Shown here one piece after another: positions 44,499 through 54,937 of a stretch of DNA of 62,259 nucleotides. Source of the stretch: a virus (lineage: Duplodnaviria > Caudoviricetes); the IMG/VR virus record IMGVR_UViG_3300026068_000006, positions 1 to 62,259 of that record; one strand, written 5' to 3'. The notes under the pieces are model-generated. The model did not search any database, was not told the DNA's origin, and saw nothing but the letters and a program-made list of their open reading frames with translations. Numbering within the stretch: the stretch's first letter is position 1; each line of letters begins with the position of its first letter. The position numbers and the translations under genes were made by a program.

Positions 44499-46160
44499 AT
44501 GAAAGATCAAGAAAAGCGAACACTGTTAAACAAGATAGCCGACTGGCTTGGTCTTGGCGCTACTCATCGGGCAATTAAGGACGTTGAGGCGTGGGATGGG
44601 GCGGCGAGTAACTATAGTAGCACCGAGGCATACTGCAACGCTTGTCTGATCAATGTCAATGCCGGCGATCCTGAAGATTGGACACAGGCCAATTGCAAAC
44701 TCCCAATTCGGGAGGAGGGCGACGGCGAAGGCACGTATGTGCGTCAGGCGGTTTTTGCAGCGGTGGGCGGGCGTGGAATTACTGCGGTGGAAAAACCGGC
44801 TGATGTATCGCAGGAGGATTGGGACAGTGCGGTCATGTCGGCAGCGTCCAAACTAGTGCAAGCCTATGACGAAATGGAGGAGGACGCGCCCGAATCTGTA
44901 ACAGAGATTGCGCGGGCACTATCATCTTCCCAGCTTTGGACAATAGTCTCCGAGCAACTTGAGGAGATGTATGAATATGACTATTGGCCAATGGATATCT
45001 ATTTTGACGATATGGGTATGCCGTTTGTGGTGGTTGCGGTGGACGGCAAACTTTACCGGCACTCTATTATATTAGATGAGGATATGACTACCGTCAGTGA
45101 GGCTATCCCCGTGATGCAAGAGTTTATTCCTACTGCGCGGACCACGACCACTATCAAGCGTATGGATAGCGGCCGGTGGCGCTGGTTTAGCGTCTCGGCC
45201 TCGTCTGTCCTTAATCGAGTGGGAGAGATAGATAGCCGGGATTTATTTGACAGTTTTGTAACGCACGCCGAAGAAACGGGCGAGTATCCAATCAGGCAAT
45301 TTTATCATGCGGGTGATGCGTTCAGGGTCGGTCAGGCGGATTTTTTGGCGCGTGATGATAACCTCTATATTACAAGCGGACTATATGATCAGTCTGAGAT
45401 TGCGGAGCGCGAGATCAGAGCGCGATTGAAAGAGCCTGAGTATTGGGGGGATAGTATCGGGTATATCCCGACTGACAGGCCGGAGATGCTTGAGATAGCC
45501 AAAGGTGTAAAAATTCCCGTCTATCGGGCGGGGGTCAACAAAGAGATTTCGACACTGCCGGAAAGGGATGCAGCGAATCTTTTTACGGCAAATACAAATT
45601 TAGTGAGGCGGACAATGACATTAGTAGGTAAATCTAAAGAGGCGTTTATAAAATTGTTTGACGGGAATGAGGATGAGGCCGACCGGTGGCTTGAAGAACA
45701 TGCCGAAACGCGAAACCGGGCAATTGAGGATGATGATCTGATCACGCGAGCCGGCAAGGAAGTTACGGAAGTGAAGGAAATTGAGCAGGAGATTGTCGAA
45801 CAGGAGATTGTCAACGAATTGTCCGACGAGGACATTGCGCGGGCATTAGGACAATCCGAGTCGATGAGACAATTGGTAGCGACGATTGATAGTTTAGTCA
45901 CGCAGCTTGAGGCCAACGAGCAAGCCGGTTTACAGCGACAAAAACAACTGACCGACCAATTGCAAAAAATGGCTGACCGTCTTGAGGCACTTGAGGCCGA
46001 TGACGAGGTTAAGCAGCGCGAGTGGCTGGACAATCGGCCCCGACAATCCGGTAATAATGTAAAATATATCATCAGACCGCGCATTGAGCGGGCGGCTGAA
46101 GATGAACAAAAAATGTCAGTGGCCGACGTTATGGCGGCTAAGGGCGTTCCGAACTATTAA
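44499..46160 (+). CDS. Prohead protease / scaffold protein
   Basis: Directly upstream of the capsid gene; NRVGEID, FYH, DSIGY, EISTL; coiled-coil C-terminus; RBS GGGGAG before ATG 44499. Confidence 0.6.
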   Translation: MKDQEKRTLLNKIADWLGLGATHRAIKDVEAWDGAASNYSSTEAYCNACLINVNAGDPEDWTQANCKLPIREEGDGEGTYVRQAVFAAVGGRGITAVEKPADVSQEDWDSAVMSAASKLVQAYDEMEEDAPESVTEIARALSSSQLWTIVSEQLEEMYEYDYWPMDIYFDDMGMPFVVVAVDGKLYRHSIILDEDMTTVSEAIPVMQEFIPTARTTTTIKRMDSGRWRWFSVSASSVLNRVGEIDSRDLFDSFVTHAEETGEYPIRQFYHAGDAFRVGQADFLARDDNLYITSGLYDQSEIAEREIRARLKEPEYWGDSIGYIPTDRPEMLEIAKGVKIPVYRAGVNKEISTLPERDAANLFTANTNLVRRTMTLVGKSKEAFIKLFDGNEDEADRWLEEHAETRNRAIEDDDLITRAGKEVTEVKEIEQEIVEQEIVNELSDEDIARALGQSESMRQLVATIDSLVTQLEANEQAGLQRQKQLTDQLQKMADRLEALEADDEVKQREWLDNRPRQSGNNVKYIIRPRIERAAEDEQKMSVADVMAAKGVPNY

Positions 46161-46193
46161 ATTTTTTAGAGTGTATGTAAGCGAGGTATTGGG

Positions 46194-47573
46194 ATGACAA
46201 CAAGATTGGCAAAAGATGCGATACGCCTTAATCCTAACGGCGTGCCCGCTCCGGCGGTGAGGGGGTATACTCCCCAGATCATTCAACGGCAAAGCTCGGT
46301 CAGCACCCTGGCGTCACCGTTTGGATGTTGTAATTTTTTTGATCAGTGTAATGACGAGATTCTGACCCTTTCTTTTGGCGGCGCTTTGGGCCTGCTGGAC
46401 TGGATGGGCTTTAACTCGTCTGAGGATTGCTATCGGTCGATTGAGTTTATTGATTACGTTGGGCCAAGCGGCACTGCCGCCCGCAGTGCTACAGGTGGCG
46501 CAATTAGTGCCCCTTGTGATGATCCCAATGGGATCGAGTTTGGGTCTTGTAAATTGACCGTTGAGGATTTTGGTCTTTACGGGCGCGAGGGACCAACGCG
46601 CCAAATTTTCAAGCCAAAAAAATATTGCAAAACCTATCCGACCTACCGGCTTGATGGGACACCCGTTGAAACAGAAAACGAGTGGGACATGGTGTTTACA
46701 ATGAACACCATGCTTGATGACATCAGACGCGATCTGGTCAGCGGCAACGACGCCAACGCCGGCGAGTTTGACGGGTTGGAGAATTGGGTCAAAACCGGTT
46801 ACGATTGTAGTGCAATTAACTCCACGGTCATCAACTGGAACGGGAATCCAATGAGTGGTGGCGCAGGTATTACGGTTAATGGTGTAGCGGCCCCGGCCGG
46901 CTTTGACATTGTGGATTTTTTACGTGACGCCAAAAACCAAATAAAGCAGCGTATCAGTTGGTCGCCGCTATTACGCAATCAACAAATGCAAGTCGGCGAT
47001 ATGATCTTGGTGATGCCCTGGCACTGGGCCTTGTGTCTGCTGGACTTTTACACTTGTTGGTCCGTATGCGCCGATGGTGATCCGCAGGTATTTCTTAACT
47101 CCCTGGATGGTCGCTCCTTCCGCGATCAGCTTAACGGTGGTCTATTTGGAGCTGGTTACATTATGCTTGATGGTGATGTTATCCCGATCTTGGCCTATGA
47201 CTGGGATTTGATCAAAGGACCCAAAACGGCAGACATGTATTTACTAACCGGCGCGGTTGGTAGCTTCCGCATCTGGGAGGGGGAATATCTTAGCGCTGAC
47301 GCCTCATTAACTTCATTTTTCAGCGATCCGAGCGCGGGTGCTGACGCCTATTTTTCTACCGATGGCGGTCGTGTTCTGGGTCGTGTCGATACCAACAACC
47401 TGTGTCGATCAATGAAACTATGGATGTCGCTCAGACTGTTTTGCCGAGCGCCCTGGGCGCAAGTCCGCTTCCAGAACGTACAATGTGAGCGGGCGCTTTC
47501 GCCGCTATCACCTGATCCTCTGGAAAGCTCGTTCTATCCTGACAGTTCATTTAGCGTCGCCGACTGTCCATAA
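46194..47573 (+). CDS. Major capsid protein
   Basis: Position and size; GEFDGL motif; followed by a hairpin. Confidence 0.7.
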   Translation: MTTRLAKDAIRLNPNGVPAPAVRGYTPQIIQRQSSVSTLASPFGCCNFFDQCNDEILTLSFGGALGLLDWMGFNSSEDCYRSIEFIDYVGPSGTAARSATGGAISAPCDDPNGIEFGSCKLTVEDFGLYGREGPTRQIFKPKKYCKTYPTYRLDGTPVETENEWDMVFTMNTMLDDIRRDLVSGNDANAGEFDGLENWVKTGYDCSAINSTVINWNGNPMSGGAGITVNGVAAPAGFDIVDFLRDAKNQIKQRISWSPLLRNQQMQVGDMILVMPWHWALCLLDFYTCWSVCADGDPQVFLNSLDGRSFRDQLNGGLFGAGYIMLDGDVIPILAYDWDLIKGPKTADMYLLTGAVGSFRIWEGEYLSADASLTSFFSDPSAGADAYFSTDGGRVLGRVDTNNLCRSMKLWMSLRLFCRAPWAQVRFQNVQCERALSPLSPDPLESSFYPDSSFSVADCP

Positions 47574-47582
47574 TTTTACATA

Positions 47583-47610
47583 AGTAGGGGAGCGTTAAAA
47601 CTCCCCTACT
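47583..47610 (+). terminator. Hairpin after the capsid gene (no U-tract)
   Basis: AGTAGGGGAG / CTCCCCTACT. Confidence 0.55.
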
Positions 47611-47619
47611 GCAACCAAA

Positions 47620-47829
47620 ATGATTTATACCAAGTCGCTCCTAAAACAGTTAGAGATAATAATGCCGCCCGGTAACGGCCAACGACATAACATAACTATT
47701 AACGAGTGGGGTGATCTGGTAGTTACGCTGATGTTGGGGCGACGGCACGAATCTCTTATAATTGAGGAAGGTGACATTATGCCTGTAGATAAATTGGCTA
47801 ATGAGATCAAGCGAGTAGCGACGAGATGA
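47620..47829 (+). CDS. Hypothetical protein
   Basis: Coupled to the GT gene by ATGA. Confidence 0.6.
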   Translation: MIYTKSLLKQLEIIMPPGNGQRHNITINEWGDLVVTLMLGRRHESLIIEEGDIMPVDKLANEIKRVATR

Positions 47830-49670
47830 ATCTAACGGTAGTCATCCCTTTTTTTAACGGTCACAAAACAATCCACCGGCTTTTGGTTTCGCTACCGCCT
47901 CGTCTGTCTGTTATCATAGTAGATGATCTAAGCGACAATCCGTTAGAGGATATTACCGGCGTGGAGATTGTCAGGCCAAAAACAAAGGGCTATTTCACCG
48001 GCGCAGTCAATCGGGGAATCGAAGCGTGTGATACCGATGTCCTGATCTTGAATCAGGACATTTGGTTTAACGGGGAGGATTGGCTCAAGGAGTTAGAGGC
48101 ACTGAGCGAATCCTATGATGTTATAGGTGATCCGGTAGCCGGTCATCCTGCCTGGGCCGAAGGTTATATACAAGGCACGTTTATGTATATCAGCCGGGCG
48201 TGTATCAATAGGACGGGATTATTAAACGAGCGTGACTATCCGCTGTGGGGTAGTACCTGCGAGTATCAGCTTAGAGCTTGCCGAAAAAATTTTAAGGCGC
48301 ATCCCTGGCCCGGAATCAAAGGGTGGATGGGCCATGAGGAACGCAGACGCAGTCAGTTTGGAGCGGCCATTACCGAGATGCTGCAACGCGAGCCGGAGAG
48401 CAAAGCGCAATTTATTCGCACACCTCCGGCTATTAGTGTTATAGTACCTTGCTACAATTATGGTAAATATCTACCTGATTGTATCAACAGTTTGATAGGC
48501 GGCCCCACCTGCCTGGGAGAAATGGAAGGCCAGACATTCCAGTCGTTTGAGATTATTATCGTTGATGATTGCAGTTCTGATGATACGCCCCAAATCGCTC
48601 AGGGGATTGCAGACGCTTGGAAGGGCATCCATTATATCAGACTGCCTAAAAACGTGGGGACGCCCGGCGCAATCAATGCGGGTATAGCCAAAGCCAAAGG
48701 TAAATTTATCACAATTCTTTCTGCCGATGATATGCGCGAACCGTGGGGGTTGGAGAATCTTTATCGAGCGGTGGAGAAAGATAAGACTCTGGTACCTTAT
48801 GATGATATGACTATCATCAAAGGTGGGGAGCGAGTCCACTATCAGCGATTGAAAGAGTACGATTTTGATAGACTCATTTACAAAAATCAGATGCCGGCCG
48901 GGATTATGTTTGATCGAGGCGCCTGGGAAAAGGTGGGCGGTTATCCTGAAGAGATGAGTTTTGGGCGCGAGGATTGGGGATTCGCAGTGGCGCTGGGAGT
49001 TAACGGCTATTGTGGTATCAGGTTAGACTCGCCTCCCGGCTATCTATATCGGCGCGAGAAACAAAATAGAAGCATGCGTAATCAGGGAAGCACCTGGTAT
49101 CAGCGATTTTTGAGACAGATTCAAAATCGCTTCCCGGAGATTTATAAGGGGAATAAACCTATGTCGTGTTGTGGTGATAGAAATAAGGGGGGGCAGCCGG
49201 TGAAAGCTAATGTGAAAAAGGCAATGGGCGGTACAAAATCCGCATTGCCAGGGTCAAGCGGTTTTGTGCTAATTGAGTATGTTGGTAGTAATGCCGGTGA
49301 CATGAAATGGCGACCGCCTAACACTACGACCAAGTATGTTTTTGGCGGCGCGAAACAGTTGGGCAATATAGCCAAAGAACATCTTAACTGGTTTCTTGGC
49401 TTACGCGAGAATCAGAAGCCGCTTTTTAGAATCGCTTTAGCTGAACCGGTAACGATCACTATCAAGCAGGCGGCAACTGTCAATCAGACCAAACCACCAA
49501 AATACGATCATCTGGTAGAGTACTACACGTATAGTTTGGCCAAGTTAAAGACATTGACTTTACAACCTGACGAATGGCAACATTTGCTAGACATCGAATC
49601 GGGTAAGACCAGTCAACGAACAACGGTTATCAATTGGCTAAATGCTCAAGTAGAGGTGATGATTGCCTGA
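47826..49670 (+). CDS. Two-domain GT2 glycosyltransferase with an extra C-terminal domain
   Basis: VVIPFFN/IIVDDLS and VIVPCYN/IIVDDCS/SADD/EDW. Confidence 0.9.
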   Translation: MNLTVVIPFFNGHKTIHRLLVSLPPRLSVIIVDDLSDNPLEDITGVEIVRPKTKGYFTGAVNRGIEACDTDVLILNQDIWFNGEDWLKELEALSESYDVIGDPVAGHPAWAEGYIQGTFMYISRACINRTGLLNERDYPLWGSTCEYQLRACRKNFKAHPWPGIKGWMGHEERRRSQFGAAITEMLQREPESKAQFIRTPPAISVIVPCYNYGKYLPDCINSLIGGPTCLGEMEGQTFQSFEIIIVDDCSSDDTPQIAQGIADAWKGIHYIRLPKNVGTPGAINAGIAKAKGKFITILSADDMREPWGLENLYRAVEKDKTLVPYDDMTIIKGGERVHYQRLKEYDFDRLIYKNQMPAGIMFDRGAWEKVGGYPEEMSFGREDWGFAVALGVNGYCGIRLDSPPGYLYRREKQNRSMRNQGSTWYQRFLRQIQNRFPEIYKGNKPMSCCGDRNKGGQPVKANVKKAMGGTKSALPGSSGFVLIEYVGSNAGDMKWRPPNTTTKYVFGGAKQLGNIAKEHLNWFLGLRENQKPLFRIALAEPVTITIKQAATVNQTKPPKYDHLVEYYTYSLAKLKTLTLQPDEWQHLLDIESGKTSQRTTVINWLNAQVEVMIA

Positions 49671-49974
49671 TTGGTTTTTGTTCGCGCTGCTAACTCTGGT
49701 AGTCTATAGAGCATCTCAATTGCTTGTTTATGATGATGGCCCATTCGATTTGATTTTTAGATTTCGCGCAAGGGTAGGCGTTTATACCCTTGATCAAAAT
49801 GGAGAGCCAACATCAGCGGTCGGCAAACTGTTTGCTTGCCCTTACTGTGTAGGATTTTGGTTGGCGGCATTGGCGGCTTTGACGGTAGCCGGTAGTGGTA
49901 AAAGTTTTATCATCCTGTGGTTGGCCATTGCGGGCGGTCAAACATTTTTGGAGGCATATCATGGCAAGAGGTGA
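49663..49974 (+). CDS. DUF1360-like membrane protein
   Basis: YRASQLLVYDDGPF; LFACPYCVGFW. Confidence 0.7.
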   Translation: MPDWFLFALLTLVVYRASQLLVYDDGPFDLIFRFRARVGVYTLDQNGEPTSAVGKLFACPYCVGFWLAALAALTVAGSGKSFIILWLAIAGGQTFLEAYHGKR

Positions 49975-51301
49975 CCCAGTTGAATTTGTCAGGGAGATAA
50001 ATGGCGGCGCAAAATATCAGCGTGTCGGGAATCGTGTCCAGCTTGAGGACGCCTATGGAGCATCTATTTCTATCCCGTCACTTGACGCTTTTGGCAGAAG
50101 TCGAATAAGCCAACCTTATACACTGTTTGATAGTAAGCAAGTCTGGAACGATCCGGGTTTGGCAGACAATGTTGAAAACTACCCGTTGTTTTGGGACAAC
50201 CAGCAGACGGCTGGTGGCGGCACGACTACGACATTTAACGTTAACCGGGCCAGTACTACACTGTCAGTCTCGGCCAGTACGGCCGGCACACGAGTACGAC
50301 AAACCAAACAGCGATTTAACTATCAGCCCGGCAAGTCACAGCTTGTTATCCTGACTGGTATATTTGGGAGTACGCCCAGTGGCGTGACCAAACGATACGG
50401 GTATTTTGACAGTAGTAATGGTTTCTTCTTCCAGAATATCGGCGGCACATGGTCTGTGGTTATCAGATCGTTTGTAACAGGTGCGGCAATTGACCGTACT
50501 GCCAATCAAGCCGACTGGAATATTGACACCCTGGACGGCAATGGGCCAAGCGGAATTAACATTAACCAGTTAACTGCTCAGATATTTTTTGTTGACTTCG
50601 AGTGGCTGGGAGTTGGTGATATGGCGTTCGGGTTTTTTGTTGACCGGCAACCGATCTATTGCCACGTTTTCAGGAACGCAAACATATTAACATCTGTCTA
50701 TATGTCAACGCCTAATCTGCCGATCAGAGCCGAGATTATCAATAGTGGTGCCGGCGCGGCGAGTCAATTGGAGCTTGTGTGTACCACGGTCGTCAGCGAG
50801 GGAGGTGTACAGCCAAACGGAACGATGCGTTTTGCGGACATTGGTGACACGCCAGCGGAAGACATATCTGCGCCAACGGCAGGGCAGGCTTATGCCCTTT
50901 GTGGTATACGGTTAAAGACGGCCTATCTATCAGCCGATGTCAAGGAGAGTTTCATCTCGGTCATCGAGAACTCCGGGGCTAACAATGCGTTCATTTGGCG
51001 ATTGCATTTTAACCCGACGATTGCAGTGGCATTAACCTATGCAGATGTGGCAAATAGTGCTGTCCAATTCGGATCGGGCAATAAGGCTACTCCGGCCAAT
51101 AATGAGATAAGTGCCTTTGGGACTGTGGTAGCCGGTGGTTATCAGGCCAGAACAGACGCCAGCGCATTGGCGTCGCTGCAATCCGCATTGAGGCTGGGCA
51201 GTCTGATAGACGGCACGCGAGATGAGCTTGTACTATCGGCGGCCGGCATTACAAGCAACAATCTATTTTACGCAGGTATACAATGGGGGGAGGCGTGGTA
51301 A
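49961..51301 (+). CDS. Putative virion structural protein (beta-rich)
   Basis: DAFGRSR..PYTLFDSK, YQPGKSQ, EWLGVG; RBS GGAGG before ATG 49961. Confidence 0.6.
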   Translation: MARGDPVEFVREINGGAKYQRVGNRVQLEDAYGASISIPSLDAFGRSRISQPYTLFDSKQVWNDPGLADNVENYPLFWDNQQTAGGGTTTTFNVNRASTTLSVSASTAGTRVRQTKQRFNYQPGKSQLVILTGIFGSTPSGVTKRYGYFDSSNGFFFQNIGGTWSVVIRSFVTGAAIDRTANQADWNIDTLDGNGPSGININQLTAQIFFVDFEWLGVGDMAFGFFVDRQPIYCHVFRNANILTSVYMSTPNLPIRAEIINSGAGAASQLELVCTTVVSEGGVQPNGTMRFADIGDTPAEDISAPTAGQAYALCGIRLKTAYLSADVKESFISVIENSGANNAFIWRLHFNPTIAVALTYADVANSAVQFGSGNKATPANNEISAFGTVVAGGYQARTDASALASLQSALRLGSLIDGTRDELVLSAAGITSNNLFYAGIQWGEAW

Positions 51302-51302
51302 T

Positions 51303-52376
51303 ATGCCTATAGTTGCAAGCGATTCGACTCTCTTGGCCGAGAACAGTATCGTCACTTTGGCGCTTTACCAAAAGATTATCAATTATCCTGAGTGTGCTTT
51401 TTTTGGGGTCAACCGTACAGGAGAGGTTACGCGAGGCCGATGCCGTATTGTACTCAAGCCTGACCGGGATACCATCCAGGACGCCTTGGCCGAAGCGCAG
51501 CAAGAGATCGAACAGGTAACCGGTTATCCGTTGCAACCAAAATGGTTTGCATCCGAGCAGCATCAGTATGGTCCTGTAGCGCCCGGCTTGCGCTACCGAA
51601 AGTGGCAAGTCGCACCAACGGTTTTGGCCAAGAAATCAAAGATAATTGAGATAGGCGTAAGAGCCGAAACAACTATCAGTGCCGGGGAAGCGGTAGACAA
51701 TACGGCTGATCCGGCCGTCATTGGACCGGTAGCGACTACAGTCACAGATGAGAGCGAGATACATATTTATCATCCCGGCACAGATATAGAGATAGACCCG
51801 TCGTCTATTACCATCGCCGGGGGTAATGTCACGATTACAGTCCCTCGCTGTAGACTGGTGTTGGCGTCTCTGGCTGACAATCCAAGTCAGGGATTGGACT
51901 ATACCGATTTAGGTAATTTTGAGACCACGGTTGATGTCAAACGTGTTTACAACGATAGTTCGCAAGAGGTGACATTTGTCTATCCCAAGATGTGTGACTG
52001 TACCGAGGATACTCAGGCGGGACATATTTGCGTCGATGACTACGAGATAGGCGTTATAAGGGTGTCACTTGGCAGTAGTTACAATTGTAATTACACACCT
52101 GAGTTTGTACGGATTAACTATCGAGCGGGATTGATCAACACGGGCGATGCGGTGGAGCAACAAGTCAGGGATATGGTTATCAGGCTGGCCCATTCCAAGA
52201 TGCCTTACGAGCCTTGCGGTTGTGATCTTGGCGCTAACATGTGGCGGCGTGATAGAGAGACGCCGCAGTCGTTAACAAGGGAGCGAGTCAATTGTCCGTT
52301 TGGCCTAAGTAATGGAGCTTGGTTTGCATGGCAACAGGCCAATGCAATTAAAGTTTGGAGAGCGAGTGCAATATGA
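51303..52376 (+). CDS. Putative head-tail adaptor
   Basis: AEAQQEIEQVTGY and VRINYRAG patterns; position. Confidence 0.55.
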   Translation: MPIVASDSTLLAENSIVTLALYQKIINYPECAFFGVNRTGEVTRGRCRIVLKPDRDTIQDALAEAQQEIEQVTGYPLQPKWFASEQHQYGPVAPGLRYRKWQVAPTVLAKKSKIIEIGVRAETTISAGEAVDNTADPAVIGPVATTVTDESEIHIYHPGTDIEIDPSSITIAGGNVTITVPRCRLVLASLADNPSQGLDYTDLGNFETTVDVKRVYNDSSQEVTFVYPKMCDCTEDTQAGHICVDDYEIGVIRVSLGSSYNCNYTPEFVRINYRAGLINTGDAVEQQVRDMVIRLAHSKMPYEPCGCDLGANMWRRDRETPQSLTRERVNCPFGLSNGAWFAWQQANAIKVWRASAI

Positions 52377-52717
52377 TAAAAGTCAAACTGGTAGCAACCG
52401 ACGGCCAGGCCGCCATTGTGGAGTATCAAGAGGCCGGCAAAATTAAGCGAGCGATAGTGCCAAATGGCGATGTGATAAAGGGGCGTGTATCCAAACGGAC
52501 ACTTGATATGAGTATACCGTATGGAGGTGTCGAGTTAACTAATTTGCCTGAGTGGTTAACTATCAGTACGGCCGATTTACAGGACACACTTAGACAACGG
52601 GGATTGTGGACAAAAGAGGATTATCTCAAAAGTCCAGAAGTAATTTTGGGGGTGTTGCAAAAACTTTACGGGGTTGACGTGACCCGCATATTAAATTTAA
52701 TTAGCGAGGCGGAATAA
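52373..52717 (+). CDS. Hypothetical structural-region protein
   Basis: Coupled ORF. Confidence 0.65.
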   Translation: MIKVKLVATDGQAAIVEYQEAGKIKRAIVPNGDVIKGRVSKRTLDMSIPYGGVELTNLPEWLTISTADLQDTLRQRGLWTKEDYLKSPEVILGVLQKLYGVDVTRILNLISEAE

Positions 52718-54180
52718 TGACAACGATTTACAAGAGCGATTATACGGCGGCATGGTTACAGCGGGGATGTTTCGACCCTCTGGAATTCTTGGGGTGTGTA
52801 GACATAACCGACTTAGACTTAACGCCACGGGGCAATCTAAGTGCCAGTCGTCAGCGATTTGGTAAGGGGCAATTTGGGATTGAGTCGGTAAAGCGTAGTG
52901 CGGCCGAATTCGGCAATGTAACGTTTGGTTTTTACCGGGGTATTGTCAATCTACTTAACGACATCCCTTGTCCTTACAATATTATGATTATGTATAGCAA
53001 TTGTGGCGCGGATGATGATCCTGAGAATTACGATTTTATAGACGTACTGCAAAATATCTATCCCGGCACAGCTACTCAAGCGGCCGTGGTCAATGCAATT
53101 GGACCTGATGATGCTACAGATGTTGGCGCTGATAGCACGGTGGAATTACCGGCACAGTTCTTGAGTAGCTATACACTTAAGCCGTTGATTGATACTGCCA
53201 TCACTATCGGTGCTTTATCAACTCACGACATTGTAGGCGTCTCAATCTGTGATCTGAGTCCGGATTGTGGCGACTGTGACGATCCGACAATTGGCGGTCA
53301 GACGATTTGGATTATCACCAATGGCGTCACGGGATCGGCGGCTGATGTTAGTGAGATTTACAAATCGACCAATGGCGGTAGTACGTGGGCGCAGATCACC
53401 AATAACATGACTGACAATACAGATGATCTATCGGACATCGAGTGTAGTGGCAATACGGTTATCGTTACTAACGGCACTACCTCCGAATATCTTTGGGCCA
53501 CTGACGGCACTACATTTAATCTGGTAACCACGCCAACACAGGTTATAGCTGATGTATTTATGTTAGGGCCGACCAAGATTTGGATGGCGGCGGCCGGCGG
53601 ATACATCTATTATTCCAGCGACAGAGGCGCGAGTGTCACCACTCAAGACGCCGGGGTCGCTACGTCCGAGAATCTAAACAGCATCTCATTTGCCAACAGT
53701 TTATTAGGCTATGCGGTTGGGGCGGCTAATGCGTTTGTGTATACAGAGGATGGGGGCCAGAATTGGCAAGCAGGTACGGGACCCTCTCCGGCTGTGGTAT
53801 TGAACAAGATCATTGCCGTACCAGGCACAGATGCTCTTTTCGTAGGCGATGCGTCCGGTAACGTTTTTAGATCAGAGGATAAGGGCGCTACTTGGGTCAC
53901 GGCCTATGCCGCTACTACAGCATCGGCAGGTGGAATAGCTGATATGGCACTCTGCGCATGTAATGTGCCGGTAGCGATAGCCAACAACGCCGGTGATGCG
54001 GCCGGTATAGTTATCCGCTCTATCGACGGTGGCAACAACTGGGAGACGCCTACAATCCCCAGCGGTAATAGCGGATTGGCGTCTATCGCCTGCTATGATG
54101 TTAACACGTATTGGGTTGTCGGTGACGCAGGTGAGGTATTTAAGTTAGCCGGCGCGTCGTTCCGCGACAGTGCTACCTAA
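52717..54180 (+). CDS. Major tail protein with C-terminal Asp-box/BNR beta-propeller
   Basis: Upstream of the chaperone gene; repeated S/T-x-D/N-G-G-x-x-W motifs. Confidence 0.65.
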   Translation: MTTIYKSDYTAAWLQRGCFDPLEFLGCVDITDLDLTPRGNLSASRQRFGKGQFGIESVKRSAAEFGNVTFGFYRGIVNLLNDIPCPYNIMIMYSNCGADDDPENYDFIDVLQNIYPGTATQAAVVNAIGPDDATDVGADSTVELPAQFLSSYTLKPLIDTAITIGALSTHDIVGVSICDLSPDCGDCDDPTIGGQTIWIITNGVTGSAADVSEIYKSTNGGSTWAQITNNMTDNTDDLSDIECSGNTVIVTNGTTSEYLWATDGTTFNLVTTPTQVIADVFMLGPTKIWMAAAGGYIYYSSDRGASVTTQDAGVATSENLNSISFANSLLGYAVGAANAFVYTEDGGQNWQAGTGPSPAVVLNKIIAVPGTDALFVGDASGNVFRSEDKGATWVTAYAATTASAGGIADMALCACNVPVAIANNAGDAAGIVIRSIDGGNNWETPTIPSGNSGLASIACYDVNTYWVVGDAGEVFKLAGASFRDSAT

Positions 54181-54194
54181 AGGATTTACACAAT

Positions 54195-54782
54195 ATGATT
54201 GATTTACTGGCTTTGGCGAAACAGGCCGAAACAACCTATGTCGATGTAGACACATCATTTGGCAAACTGCGCGTCTATCACGTTCCTGACGCAATGCTCT
54301 TGAGTGTCAGTCCCGATTGGCCCGAACCAGAACTACCGATGGTGAGGATGAAAACGGCGGCCGGTTATCAGAATCGACCGGCCAAGGCGGGGGACAAAGA
54401 GTATCAAGTGTATTTGGAGAGTAAAGCAGCGCATGAAAAAGAATCGTATCAATTGCGGGTGGCTATTGGCGCGGTCTCTGCTTTTAAAGACATCGACTGG
54501 TCCAAGTACGATCTATCCAAGCCGCCTCCTATTGACGCCGCTCAAGAGATGTATAGAGACAATTGGCCTGATCACGAGCTGCTAAGAAAAAAGGCTTGGT
54601 TAGATTGGACTGTATTATTTAAGCGGTCAGATCAAAAGGTCATCCTAAACGCAATGAATCAGATGAGCGGTGAAGGCGAACCGACTGATGAAATGGTAGA
54701 GGCTGTTAAAAAAAATTCGGCCTCGTCGTCCGCGCCAAACCGGGACGGGCAAGTGATAGCGCCGCTAGTAGCTACTCAATAG
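54195..54782 (+). CDS. Tail assembly chaperone (G); a -1 frameshift would extend it to 54934 (G-T)
   Basis: A8 run at 54708-54715 (A-AAA-AAT). The -1 frame is open to TAG 54932-54934. Confidence 0.75.
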   Translation: MIDLLALAKQAETTYVDVDTSFGKLRVYHVPDAMLLSVSPDWPEPELPMVRMKTAAGYQNRPAKAGDKEYQVYLESKAAHEKESYQLRVAIGAVSAFKDIDWSKYDLSKPPPIDAAQEMYRDNWPDHELLRKKAWLDWTVLFKRSDQKVILNAMNQMSGEGEPTDEMVEAVKKNSASSSAPNRDGQVIAPLVATQ

Positions 54783-54937
54783 AGTCTATCAACCCCATGT
54801 GGTGGCGGGGTTGGATTGCAGCCTACAAAGGCAATCTACTATTACAATGGCCTTATCTCCCGTCGTGGCATAAGGCTATTGTGATAGCGGTAGTGGAAGA
54901 GGACGTAACAATCAACAATCTGCTAAATGGGTAGATA

